A DNA stretch of 61,050 nucleotides from Syntrophaceae bacterium UBA5764 (GTDB lineage: Bacteria > Desulfobacterota > Syntrophia > Syntrophales > Smithellaceae), in the NCBI GenBank assembly GCA_002418825.1, contig DIEW01000042.1:5527-66576 (forward strand). Reading direction: 5' to 3'. How positions within the stretch are numbered: the stretch's first letter is position 1; each line of letters begins with the position of its first letter. The translations under genes and the position numbers were made by a program. This document shows positions 10,084-18,923 of this stretch, in pieces. The notes under the pieces were generated by a model, which saw only the letters and a list, made by a program, of their open reading frames with translations, was not told the DNA's origin and made no database searches.

Positions 10084-11076
10084 CTATTTTTTAATGGCCA
10101 ATTTTTTTTGAGCGTCTCTAATCTGGGAATCATCTATTTTGAGGTAACCAACCTCGTCAACATACTTTTGTCCTTCCGACAATATCCACTGGACAAATTC
10201 TTTCGCCAGGCCGCTAAAATTTCCTTTGGTAACGAGGTAAAGATCTCTGGCTGGCGGGGACGGATACACACCGGAAAGCACTGCCTTGATTGCTTCTTCT
10301 TTGGTGCCAAGTTTTTCCTTGAGGTCAACCCGGCCGTTTTCATTGACATCGATCGGCACAACTTGAATTCCCGCCACGGGCATGCCCGTTTTCATATCAT
10401 AAGCGAAATTAAGATTGTTATAACCGATACCGTCCTTATCTTTTCTGATGGCGTCCGCAACACCGGGGTCTCCGTAAACAGCAACCCCTTTTAGATCCTC
10501 CTGCTGCGCCCCAAGGTACCTTGCCCACGTTTCCGCCGCACCGCAGGAATCGGAGCGGGTATAAACGCGGACGTTGCGGCCGTTATTTGTTTGCGCCAAC
10601 TCACCCCAGGTCACCTGCTGCCCGGTTAACCACAGCTTAACGAAGTCTCTTTTCTTCAATCCCCTCTGCGCCAGTTCCTTCATGACCGGATTGGCCGCGT
10701 TAATTGTCGGGAAAACCGCATCTTTCACTACAGGGATATAAAAAGCGTTTTGTTTTAACTCTTCAGGCCGAAGCTCCCTGGATACCATACCTATATCCAC
10801 CAAACCGGATAAGGCATCCGTCATCCCCTTACCCGCACCACCTGCGGAAATATCAATTCTGACATTGGGATAAACCTTTTTGAATTCCTCCGCCCACTTG
10901 ACCACCATCGGATAAAGAGCCCACGCTCCAGAAATGCGGATTCTGCCTTCAATATCTGCAGCTTTTTCCGCTTTCCCTGCCGCCCACACCGGACAAAGGC
11001 TGATATTAAATAGAATAAAAACTATGATAAAAAGACGTATTATTTTCTTGATTTTAAGACCTTGCAAAAAGTTCAT
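10084..11076 (-). CDS. pstS: Phosphate-binding protein PstS (PBP_like_2 type)
   Basis: Diagnostic stretch: ISGAWALYPMVVKWAEEFKKVYPNVRIDISAGGAGKGMTDALSGLVDIGMVSREL. I place the start at MNFLQGLKIKK (ATG 11076), which is preceded by GGAGGA at 3 nt and followed by a signal peptide ending CPVWA/AGK. Confidence 0.85.
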   Translation of the reverse strand: MNFLQGLKIKKIIRLFIIVFILFNISLCPVWAAGKAEKAADIEGRIRISGAWALYPMVVKWAEEFKKVYPNVRIDISAGGAGKGMTDALSGLVDIGMVSRELRPEELKQNAFYIPVVKDAVFPTINAANPVMKELAQRGLKKRDFVKLWLTGQQVTWGELAQTNNGRNVRVYTRSDSCGAAETWARYLGAQQEDLKGVAVYGDPGVADAIRKDKDGIGYNNLNFAYDMKTGMPVAGIQVVPIDVNENGRVDLKEKLGTKEEAIKAVLSGVYPSPPARDLYLVTKGNFSGLAKEFVQWILSEGQKYVDEVGYLKIDDSQIRDAQKKLAIKK

Positions 11077-11144
11077 GTATCCTCCTTGATTGAAATTTTG
11101 TAACATAATCACATATTTCCTATCTTTGCAAGAATAAATAATCC

Positions 11145-11176
11145 ATTGAATATTGATAGATAGTTGATTTTGTTGA
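11145..11176 (-). promoter_or_regulatory. Cluster of four direct TCAA(C/T) repeats upstream of pstS, a candidate Pho-box-like site
   Basis: The minus strand reads TATCAACAAAATCAACTATCTATCAATATTCAATGG. Repeat starts are spaced 9, 11 and 7 nt apart, and the cluster lies about 70-100 nt upstream of the pstS ATG. Confidence 0.3.
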
Positions 11177-11226
11177 TAAAAAATTTTGTTGTCCCGTCGA
11201 TATTTACCTTAATGGAAGACAATCAC

Positions 11227-11248
11227 GGCGGCAATTATCGTTGCCGCC
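11227..11248 (-). terminator. GC-rich hairpin 9 nt after the stop of the SDR gene, separating the glycan operon from pstS
   Basis: GGCGGCAA-ttatcg-TTGCCGCC (8-bp stem). The downstream tract on the minus strand (GTGATTGTCTTCC) is only moderately U-rich. Confidence 0.35.
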
Positions 11249-11256
11249 CGACAAAG

Positions 11257-12165
11257 CTAGGCTTTTGAATCTTCATCTGCGAAGATATCCTCCCTTCTCA
11301 AAACAAACTGACGAGGCGCAAAATTAAGATCCCGGGCTGCCTCTTGATAATCAAAGACAAGATTCTGATTCATTCTTTCGGCCATGGCAGGAGACCACTT
11401 GCGAAAAGGCGGCAACACGCGCAGAAAAAATATCGCCAGGCGAAAAAGCCAAAGGGGAAATTCCAAAAAGCGCGGCTTTCTGCCAACAGACAAAAAAATA
11501 CGGCCGACCATTTCCCTGTAGCTGACTATCTCTCCACCCGATATATTATAAGAACGATTAGCGGCTTTACTGGAAGTGAGTGCCGCCAAACAGGCAAAAG
11601 CAACATCCTGTGCATGAACCGGTTGACGAAACCCCCGTGCCTTCCCCAACAACGGGAAAAAAGAAAAACGTTTAATAAAACGGGCAATAACGCTGATATT
11701 CTTATCCCTCCCTCGCCCGTAAACTAAAGTTGGCCTCAATATAGTAAAAGTTAATTTTTCCTTTTCTGCCCATGCCGTCAAGCGCTTTTCATTTTCGGCT
11801 ATGTTTTCCACAAGTTTTCTTTCCGCCGGATCGGAAGATTCCCCTTTGGTAAATCTGCTTGTTGATGAAACAGCCACCACATGACTGGCGCCGCAGCTCT
11901 TAAGAAGGGAAAAGTGTTCCGGCAGGAACCAAATGGGGGCAAGACAAATCCACTTTTTTATTTTTATTGTCACAGCATCCGACAACTTTTTCGTCGGAAG
12001 AAGGCGCCAAGTAACACCTTGTGTTGCATGCTGTTCTGCCCTCGGCAGCGCCCGTCGCGTAAAAGCCACAACATCGTAACCATTTTCAACCAGCAGGGTT
12101 AGCAAGAAGTCCCCAATTATGCTGGTTGCGCCGATGACACCAACACGCTGTCGAACATCCGTCAT
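11257..12165 (-). CDS. NAD(P)-dependent epimerase/dehydratase (SDR) family protein
   Basis: 302 aa with the N-terminal Rossmann motif VGVIGATSIIGDFLL. It overlaps the upstream GT2 gene by 4 nt. Confidence 0.65.
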   Translation of the reverse strand: MTDVRQRVGVIGATSIIGDFLLTLLVENGYDVVAFTRRALPRAEQHATQGVTWRLLPTKKLSDAVTIKIKKWICLAPIWFLPEHFSLLKSCGASHVVAVSSTSRFTKGESSDPAERKLVENIAENEKRLTAWAEKEKLTFTILRPTLVYGRGRDKNISVIARFIKRFSFFPLLGKARGFRQPVHAQDVAFACLAALTSSKAANRSYNISGGEIVSYREMVGRIFLSVGRKPRFLEFPLWLFRLAIFFLRVLPPFRKWSPAMAERMNQNLVFDYQEAARDLNFAPRQFVLRREDIFADEDSKA

Positions 12166-13055
12166 AAGATTAGCCTGTCTTTTATTTTCCGTAAGGCATG
12201 ATAGGCAGCTATCATACTAAATCTTATCCAGACACTGGAGACAACCATCCAAAATAAAACGCCCGGATATCGATGGCGGAAGAATTTACGGTAAAAACGG
12301 ACCATGCCCTTGTGTTTATTCCATTCCACAAAGACCGGCCGTGCATGGGAGCATGTACCCTGATAATGAATTACAGATGCTTCCGGAACGAATATAATCT
12401 TCCAGCCGCGCTGACGAAAGCGCATGCACCAGTCCAAATCCTCACAATGCATAAAGTAACCCTCGTCCAGCACCCCGACATCATCTATAGCTTCTTTCTT
12501 CACCAGCATAAATGAGCCGGAAATCGCTTCGACTTCAATCGGCTTTTCAGGCAGGGGTTCCTTGTACAACATGAAATCGTAAAAAGAATGCGGATAGCGC
12601 CGGCTTAATCTGGACAGACCAGACATACGCACAAAAGAACGCCAAGGAGTTGGTACCGCCCGTCTCCCCCCCGCCTGCTCCGTGCCGTCCGGATTAAGCA
12701 GCAACGGGCCAACCATAGCGGCTTGCGGGAAATCTTCCAGGCAATCAATTAGTTTTTCCAGCGCGCCATGTTCAACAATGCAATCAGGATTCAAAAACAA
12801 CAAATAGTTGCCGGAAGAGGCCGCAAACGCAATGTTGCAGGCCCTGGCAAAACCGATATTTTTATTATTACGGATACATTTTAAAACGGTTGATGCGGGA
12901 TTCAAGCTTTCTATGGCCTTAATGCTGCCATCTTCTGACGCATTATCCACCACAAATATTTCTGCAATGGAGGACAACTCAAGCAACGGTTTAACCGTCT
13001 GCCGCAACATGTCCCCGGCATTGTAATTAACGATAATAACAGATACCTTGCGCAT
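12162..13055 (-). CDS. Glycosyltransferase family 2
   Basis: VSVIIVNYNAGDMLRQTV ... VVDNASEDGS ... LNPDC ... CEDLDWCMR are typical GT2 (rhamnosyltransferase-like) motifs. Confidence 0.85.
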   Translation of the reverse strand: MRKVSVIIVNYNAGDMLRQTVKPLLELSSIAEIFVVDNASEDGSIKAIESLNPASTVLKCIRNNKNIGFARACNIAFAASSGNYLLFLNPDCIVEHGALEKLIDCLEDFPQAAMVGPLLLNPDGTEQAGGRRAVPTPWRSFVRMSGLSRLSRRYPHSFYDFMLYKEPLPEKPIEVEAISGSFMLVKKEAIDDVGVLDEGYFMHCEDLDWCMRFRQRGWKIIFVPEASVIHYQGTCSHARPVFVEWNKHKGMVRFYRKFFRHRYPGVLFWMVVSSVWIRFSMIAAYHALRKIKDRLIL

Positions 13056-13152
13056 CTATGATTTAATATTCTCTCTCATTGTTACCCCTTCCCCTTATTT
13101 ATCAGATAGTTACGAATTGCGTATGTTTTGATTTTATTTTATAACATATTTA

Positions 13153-13713
13153 TTAATGAGATACATCTTCTTTTTTCACTACTTTTAACAGCGTCCGCCA
13201 AAGGATGCGCATATCCAGCATAAAAGACCGATGCCGCATGTAATACTCGTCGAGTGCAACTTTTTCGGGAATGGAAATTTCGTCCCGGCCGTTAATCTGC
13301 GCCCAGCCAGTAATGCCGGGGGTAAGTTTATGAATTTTTTTCTCGGTTCTGAGCGTAATAAGGTCATCCTGATTATACAAAGCAGGCCGGGGACCGACCA
13401 GACTCATGTCGCCTTTGAACACGCTCCAGAACTGCGGCAGCTCATCGAGGCTTGCTTTTCTTAAAATAGAACCGATAGGTGTCAAGTGCGCATTGGGATT
13501 TTCAAGCAAATGCGTCGCAACTTCAGGCGTATCAAGCCGCATGGTTCTGAATTTAGGCATTTTGAAAATTTTATTATCTAGCCCTATGCGATCAGACCAA
13601 TACAAAACCGGCCCTTTGGAAGTTATCTTGATCAAAAACGCAATGACAGCAAAGGGAAACAATAAAATCAAAGTCAAACAAAATGAAAAAAACAAGTCAA
13701 ATATTCTTTTCAT
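13153..13713 (-). CDS. Small monotopic phosphoglycosyl transferase (bacterial sugar transferase family, PglC/WbaP C-terminal type), the initiating Und-P transferase
   Basis: 186 aa with one N-terminal hydrophobic helix. Diagnostic motifs are KFRTM and DELPQFWSVFKGDMSLVGPRP. Confidence 0.85.
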   Translation of the reverse strand: MKRIFDLFFSFCLTLILLFPFAVIAFLIKITSKGPVLYWSDRIGLDNKIFKMPKFRTMRLDTPEVATHLLENPNAHLTPIGSILRKASLDELPQFWSVFKGDMSLVGPRPALYNQDDLITLRTEKKIHKLTPGITGWAQINGRDEISIPEKVALDEYYMRHRSFMLDMRILWRTLLKVVKKEDVSH

Positions 13714-14696
13714 GAATACATTTCACTAATCGTTTCTTCCCAGCCGGTTTTTAAATCATACTGAGGAGAAAACCCGATTTCTCTTTGAAAAAGGCTTCCG
13801 TCCACCGCAATATCTTCCGTATATTTATCGATCATTTCCCGGGTCACTGGCGGTTTTAAACCAACGGCGTGCATGCTTTTTTCTGTCCAGCGAACCAATG
13901 TGCGTAACGGTTCTATAGGCAATGATAGGCAATTTGGTTTGCGTCCAAAACCAAAGCAAATAGCTTCAATAATTTCTTTCATTGTATGAAACTCGCCGTC
14001 CGTTACATTAAACAACCTTCCCGCGGCAGCCGGATGAAAAACGGCCTGCGCAACGGCACGACCCGCATCTTTCTCATAAATCAGCGTCCGGCGATTCAAG
14101 CCACTCCCAACAGGAATAAAAAGATGAGACGCTAATGCTCTTGTCAAGCGTTTATAGTTTCCTTTCATGTTGCTGCCGTAAATCGCGCCAAAACGCAGGA
14201 CGGTACCCAGCGGCTTACCGGCGGCGTTTCTTGCTTTCAAAACAATTTGTTCCGAAGTCCGTTTTGTTTTTGCATAAAAAGTAACAGGATAAGTTGGCGA
14301 CATCTCCGTCAGTATACGACCTCCTGAATTACCATACACTGCTATCGTGCTGAACAAAACAACGCGTTCGACACCTGTTTCTACCGCGGCTTCAACCACG
14401 TTTTTTGTTCCTCCCACGTTAATTCGCTTGTATTGCTCTTCCAGATCAGGAGAAGGACTGACGATATGAAGGAGAGCGGCAAGGTGAATGACTCTATCCA
14501 CCCCTTCCATCGCTGATCGGACGGCTATCTTATCCGTAATATCGCCCAATACTGTTTTCACATCCTGAGGGAACAGACCTTCTTTAGGCGCATGAGTAGA
14601 GAAGACACATATCCGGTACCCTGCCAGGCACAATGCCTGGACGACTCTCAAACCAACCGCTCCAGTGGCACCGGTAACAAGAATGGTTTGGGACAT
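13710..14696 (-). CDS. NAD-dependent nucleotide-sugar epimerase/dehydratase (GalE/WbpP-like)
   Basis: 328 aa. ILVTGATGAVGLRVVQAL Rossmann motif and a YAKTK catalytic Y-x3-K. Confidence 0.8.
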   Translation of the reverse strand: MSQTILVTGATGAVGLRVVQALCLAGYRICVFSTHAPKEGLFPQDVKTVLGDITDKIAVRSAMEGVDRVIHLAALLHIVSPSPDLEEQYKRINVGGTKNVVEAAVETGVERVVLFSTIAVYGNSGGRILTEMSPTYPVTFYAKTKRTSEQIVLKARNAAGKPLGTVLRFGAIYGSNMKGNYKRLTRALASHLFIPVGSGLNRRTLIYEKDAGRAVAQAVFHPAAAGRLFNVTDGEFHTMKEIIEAICFGFGRKPNCLSLPIEPLRTLVRWTEKSMHAVGLKPPVTREMIDKYTEDIAVDGSLFQREIGFSPQYDLKTGWEETISEMYS

Positions 14697-14802
14697 CTTG
14701 TAACCTTGACAAATTTTTTAAATATTTTAGCTTATTTTTTTATCACTGATTGCTTTTTCACTCAAGCAAATATCTTTATTTTATAAGGCGGGATAAACAT
14801 GT

Positions 14803-14824
14803 AAAAAATTGCCCTTATCAAGGG
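14803..14824 (-). terminator. Weak intrinsic terminator after the DUF218 gene
   Basis: The minus strand reads CCCTT-GAT-AAGGG (5-bp stem) followed by CAATTTTTTAC, about 40 nt after the stop at 14863. Confidence 0.3.
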
Positions 14825-14862
14825 GCTTATTGCTTGATTGTAAAATCAAAAATTCACAATCA

Positions 14863-15636
14863 TTAATCCTTTGTAACAACGGCATTTTTAATGCTGTACC
14901 AAATCAAAGCAACAATTTCTTTCAAGACGAATTCCGTTTTATGCGCAGATTGCGACTGAGGAATATATTTAACCACAGGACTCCCTGAAGGCGAACAATA
15001 CAGATAATCGGTGGGCACAAGCGAAACAATTTTAAAATATTTTTTAAATTCTTTTTCACTTCGTTTCATATGAGAAGCGGAAGTAACCAGGACAATATGA
15101 ATATCCTCCCGAGGAAATATTTTGTGCACTTCAGCGGCATTTTGCCAGGTGTTATTCGATCGGGCATCAACTTTAATTTTTTCCCTGGGCACTCCCAAGG
15201 AAGCAGCCAAGTGCGCCATCATTTCCGCTTCCGGTATTTTCCCCGGACCTTTACCGGAACAAACAAAATATTTCGCCGGCTTCTTATGGTAATAATCAAC
15301 AGCAACCGCCAGTCGGCCAATCGTCAAAGGTAATAGAAAAGTTTTATTAATGTAATTTATATCGTAAGCACCACCGCCAAGAACAACGATAACATCGATA
15401 TTTTCACCGGCAGGCGCATTTTTGCCAATATAATCTTTTTCCAAATAATGACAAAGATAATTGGCGACAGGGAAAATACTCGCTCCATAAAATATAACAA
15501 TTGCCAGCAATAAAATAAGCGGACCGGTTTTCTTTTTACTTGTTTTCCAAAAAATAAATAACGAAATTAACAGCAAAATAAAAACAACAAAAATAGGGTC
15601 AACAAACCCTTTCAATGTGCCGTAAACATTTTCCAT
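14863..15636 (-). CDS. DUF218 (YdcF/SanA/ElyC family) envelope protein
   Basis: 257 aa with N-terminal TM helices. It has the DVIVVLGGG motif and a later NTWQNA motif typical of DUF218. Confidence 0.7.
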   Translation of the reverse strand: MENVYGTLKGFVDPIFVVFILLLISLFIFWKTSKKKTGPLILLLAIVIFYGASIFPVANYLCHYLEKDYIGKNAPAGENIDVIVVLGGGAYDINYINKTFLLPLTIGRLAVAVDYYHKKPAKYFVCSGKGPGKIPEAEMMAHLAASLGVPREKIKVDARSNNTWQNAAEVHKIFPREDIHIVLVTSASHMKRSEKEFKKYFKIVSLVPTDYLYCSPSGSPVVKYIPQSQSAHKTEFVLKEIVALIWYSIKNAVVTKD

Positions 15637-15757
15637 TGCTGAAGCCTTCTAAAATCCTTTCTAAAGCATTGTCATTTCAGCCGTACAAGACAGCCGGCAA
15701 TTTAAGTAATTAATCTCATTAAAGCTTGTCCAAAAACAAATCAACTGTTTTTACGGC

Positions 15758-16678
15758 TCACCTCTTTGCTGGCATCCCAATATGCCAGCAAATTAATCGC
15801 AAATAAACCATTGTTTTCCTTCTGATATTCTCGGCCAAACCAACCGTAATGATTAGAGCCGCAGAACTGAGAAGAAAACTAACCAGCAGGCGTAAAAATA
15901 TCACGCCCCGCGTCACCTGGTAATAAGGAAAGCTGTGCCATTTGCGCAAAAATTGATAACGGGAACGATAAAACTCAATACGTGAACAAACGTCATGACC
16001 AATGCTCTGTCCCTGCAGATGATAAATAAATGCGGTCGGCACATGGTATATTTGCCATCCTTTGCGCTGAAAGGCATAAGCCAAATCCGTTTCTTCAAAA
16101 AAGAAGAAATACCTTTCGTCAAAAAACGCCACTTCATCAAGCGCCTGTTTGCGAATCAACATGCAGGCGCCAATTGCCGAATCCACTTGCAGCGGTTCTT
16201 TATGCTCATATCTTTTACTTGGATACTTAGCGGGAAAAAGGTACTCTAAAAGAGACATATTGGTTGCCAGTGTAAGCAGCGTGGGGAACGCGGCAACAGA
16301 ATTTTGCTTACTCCCGTCGATATTGAGCAACTGACCGCAAACAATGCCTGCCTTTGGTTGTTTCCGTGCAAAATTCCAAAGCTGTTCCACGGCGCCGGGC
16401 GTCAGCACGGCATCCGTATTAAGCAGAAGAGCATATTCACTCTTCATGATGGCAAAACCTTGATTATTTGCCGCGCCGAAACCGCGATTTTTTTTATTGG
16501 CGATGGTTATCACCTGAGGGAAATCCCTTTCCAGCATTTTTACGGAGCCATCAGAAGACGCGTTATCCACGACAATAACTTCAAAATTGCAAAAATTGAT
16601 TGTTGCATAAACAGAAGCCAAACATTTTTCGAGCAGCTTTTTGGCATTCCAATTAATGATAATAACGGAGATGTCCAT
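15758..16678 (-). CDS. Glycosyltransferase family 2 with a C-terminal membrane helix
   Basis: ISVIIINWNAKKLLEKCL ... VVDNASSDGS ... LNTDA ... FEETDLAY. Confidence 0.85.
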   Translation of the reverse strand: MDISVIIINWNAKKLLEKCLASVYATINFCNFEVIVVDNASSDGSVKMLERDFPQVITIANKKNRGFGAANNQGFAIMKSEYALLLNTDAVLTPGAVEQLWNFARKQPKAGIVCGQLLNIDGSKQNSVAAFPTLLTLATNMSLLEYLFPAKYPSKRYEHKEPLQVDSAIGACMLIRKQALDEVAFFDERYFFFFEETDLAYAFQRKGWQIYHVPTAFIYHLQGQSIGHDVCSRIEFYRSRYQFLRKWHSFPYYQVTRGVIFLRLLVSFLLSSAALIITVGLAENIRRKTMVYLRLICWHIGMPAKR

Positions 16679-16699
16679 GTTCGTTAGCTTTAATAATTC

Positions 16700-17473
16700 T
16701 TATGCTTTTCTTTTCGGAGTTGTTCTTGCCATCTCACTGAGTTTCGCGTACTTGAAATACTTGTTTATCGAATCAGTCACCGCCAGCGTTAATCCCTGTT
16801 GCCCATCTAAAAAACCGCCGCGTAAAAAATAATCCTGCATAAAGGTAAATACAGCGCGGAAATAAGCTTCCTGTGGCGATGAGCGCTTCCCTGCCGCGAA
16901 CGCTTCACGCGCGCCGAGCGTCGAATACTTATCAATCTTTTGCAAAATTCTGCCCAAATCGCTTTCCGTATAATGCTCCAGGGGAACATTGAGCTTTCCT
17001 ATCGCACCCTGAACCTCAACGGCTTCATGTACGGCGGCTTTGGTCATCTCTCCCGCACCTTTTTTAAACAAACGCAACACTCTGTCCGGCCACCACCCGG
17101 CATGTTTTATCCATCTGCCCTGAAAAAAATTTTTCCTCGGAAAAGAAAAACCCGCTGCAGACGTTTCCTCTGATGATACAATTTTTTTAATCACGGCTGC
17201 CGTTTCCGGAGGAACTCGTTCATCGGCATCCAGGACTAGAATCCAAGGCTGGGAACACTTGTCAATTGCAATCTGTTTTTGCGCCCCAAAACCTTGCCAA
17301 GCCTCGCGGTAAATTTCACAACCATGTTCCTTGGCGATGTCCAATGTTTTATCCGTACTGCCGGAATCGATAATCACCACTTGAGCGGCAAAGTGGATAC
17401 TTTGCAGGCAAGAACGCAAGTTTATTTCTTCGTTTTTTGTTATGATTGCCACGGACAAAGATTTTTTTTTCAT
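16700..17473 (-). CDS. Glycosyltransferase family 2 (small LPS-core type, WaaE/KdtX-like)
   Basis: 257 aa. LSVAIITKNEEINLRSCLQS, IIDSGSTDKT and VLDADE (DxD). Confidence 0.75.
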   Translation of the reverse strand: MKKKSLSVAIITKNEEINLRSCLQSIHFAAQVVIIDSGSTDKTLDIAKEHGCEIYREAWQGFGAQKQIAIDKCSQPWILVLDADERVPPETAAVIKKIVSSEETSAAGFSFPRKNFFQGRWIKHAGWWPDRVLRLFKKGAGEMTKAAVHEAVEVQGAIGKLNVPLEHYTESDLGRILQKIDKYSTLGAREAFAAGKRSSPQEAYFRAVFTFMQDYFLRGGFLDGQQGLTLAVTDSINKYFKYAKLSEMARTTPKRKA

Positions 17474-17540
17474 AACCTCTCCAAATCACAACACATACCT
17501 TATGACGCCCGGCAAAGATTTTTAAATACGTCTTGAAATA

Positions 17541-18923
17541 ATGGTATATTTATGTTTTATATCGCACAATTTTCGTGATGTCGCAAATAATATTCGTGAC
17601 TTTTCGGAACATGGCGGGGACATTTTTGTGAAAGCAAACATATTAAATTTAATAAAAAAATATTACGGGTCATATTTCCCCGCCAATGCCGGGAATAAAG
17701 AATTTTTTTTTGCTGCTCTGAATCTATCCATTCCGTTTTTAATGGGTCTTTACGTTTTTCTAACCCCTCTGCCGCTGTCTTCCCTAAGTGAAATTTGTTT
17801 TTACGTATCCCTTTCCTGCTTATTGGTGCTGCTTGTTTTTAAAAAGACTGATTTTGCCCTGCGTTCACCGTTGACCTTGCCGTTTGTCCTATTTTTTTCC
17901 TGGGCGGCTTTCGGTTTGTTTTTTACGCTGGATTTTCACAACACATTGCATGACCTGCGCGCCCACTTACTCGATTATTTGATTATTTTCTATTTACTGG
18001 TCAATTACTTCAATTCACAAAAAAAGATGGAATATCTTTCCCGGATCGTTGTCGCCTCTGCTGCAGTCTTTGTTATTGGCGGTATAATCATATTCTATTT
18101 CATAGAAGGGAATCCCTTCCATGCGCGCTTTGGACAAAACTTCAGAGCCATGTATACAGGCTTTATGTGTTTCACCACAATATTCGCCGCCACAATCAGT
18201 TTACATCACATGGGGGCAACCAGCCACAAAGCCATGAAGGTTTTTTACGCCTTCTGTTTTTTCTTGCTCTGTACGGCAACTCTGCTCAATCAGTCCAGAG
18301 GCGCCCTGATTGGCCTTTTTTTAGCAATAGCCATCATGTGCCTGCACCGTAAAAATAACGTCATCATTCTTATCGTTGCTGTTGTGATTCTATTTTCAAT
18401 TCCCGGCCCTCTAGACCGAATGGAGGAACGCGGTCTGACCCGGGATGTACGCCCTAAAATGTTTCGTCTCTCCTGGGAAGTCATCAAGGATTATCCGGTG
18501 TTCGGCGTCGGATACGGCGGGGAAATTTACAGAAAACCCGATCTGATAGATTTGAAAACATACAATAAAAAATTACCTAAAAAATATCGGCAAAAACCCG
18601 GCCGCATCATCAACTCCACTCACAACACTTTTCTGGACGTGGCTATTCGCACAGGACTCGTGGGCCTGGCGTTATTCTGCTGGATAACACTTACATCTTT
18701 TTGGATGCTCTGGGATGTGTTCAGAAGGCGCGAAGAAGAATTCTTCCGTTCCTGGGCAATATGCCTTTTTGCTTCTTTTACCGCATTTATGGTTCAGGCA
18801 ATATTTAACGACGCTCTCTATGGCACGCAAGTAATCGCCATGTACGTCAATCTGGCCATGATTGCCATTTTATGGAATCTGGCAAGGAAAAAACAGACGA
18901 ATTCCCGGGCTGGCGCGGCCTAA
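17541..18923 (+). CDS. O-antigen ligase/polymerase family membrane protein (Wzy_C domain, WaaL-like)
   Basis: Polytopic protein with the NQSRGALIGLFLAIAIMCL segment and a later periplasmic loop (STHNTFLDV) typical of WaaL/Wzy_C proteins. The true start may be the in-frame GTG at 17628 (VKANILNL). Confidence 0.75.
   Translation: MVYLCFISHNFRDVANNIRDFSEHGGDIFVKANILNLIKKYYGSYFPANAGNKEFFFAALNLSIPFLMGLYVFLTPLPLSSLSEICFYVSLSCLLVLLVFKKTDFALRSPLTLPFVLFFSWAAFGLFFTLDFHNTLHDLRAHLLDYLIIFYLLVNYFNSQKKMEYLSRIVVASAAVFVIGGIIIFYFIEGNPFHARFGQNFRAMYTGFMCFTTIFAATISLHHMGATSHKAMKVFYAFCFFLLCTATLLNQSRGALIGLFLAIAIMCLHRKNNVIILIVAVVILFSIPGPLDRMEERGLTRDVRPKMFRLSWEVIKDYPVFGVGYGGEIYRKPDLIDLKTYNKKLPKKYRQKPGRIINSTHNTFLDVAIRTGLVGLALFCWITLTSFWMLWDVFRRREEEFFRSWAICLFASFTAFMVQAIFNDALYGTQVIAMYVNLAMIAILWNLARKKQTNSRAGAA

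Noticed and set aside
10084-11076. Idea that the Pst-like transporter linked to cysDNC might actually import sulfate
   Set aside because: The binding protein, permeases and ATPase all carry PstS/PstC/PstA/PstB-type motifs (for example DIGMVSREL in the binding protein and SMNRLLEL in the ATPase), not Sbp/CysTWA features. Nothing in the sequence supports a changed specificity.
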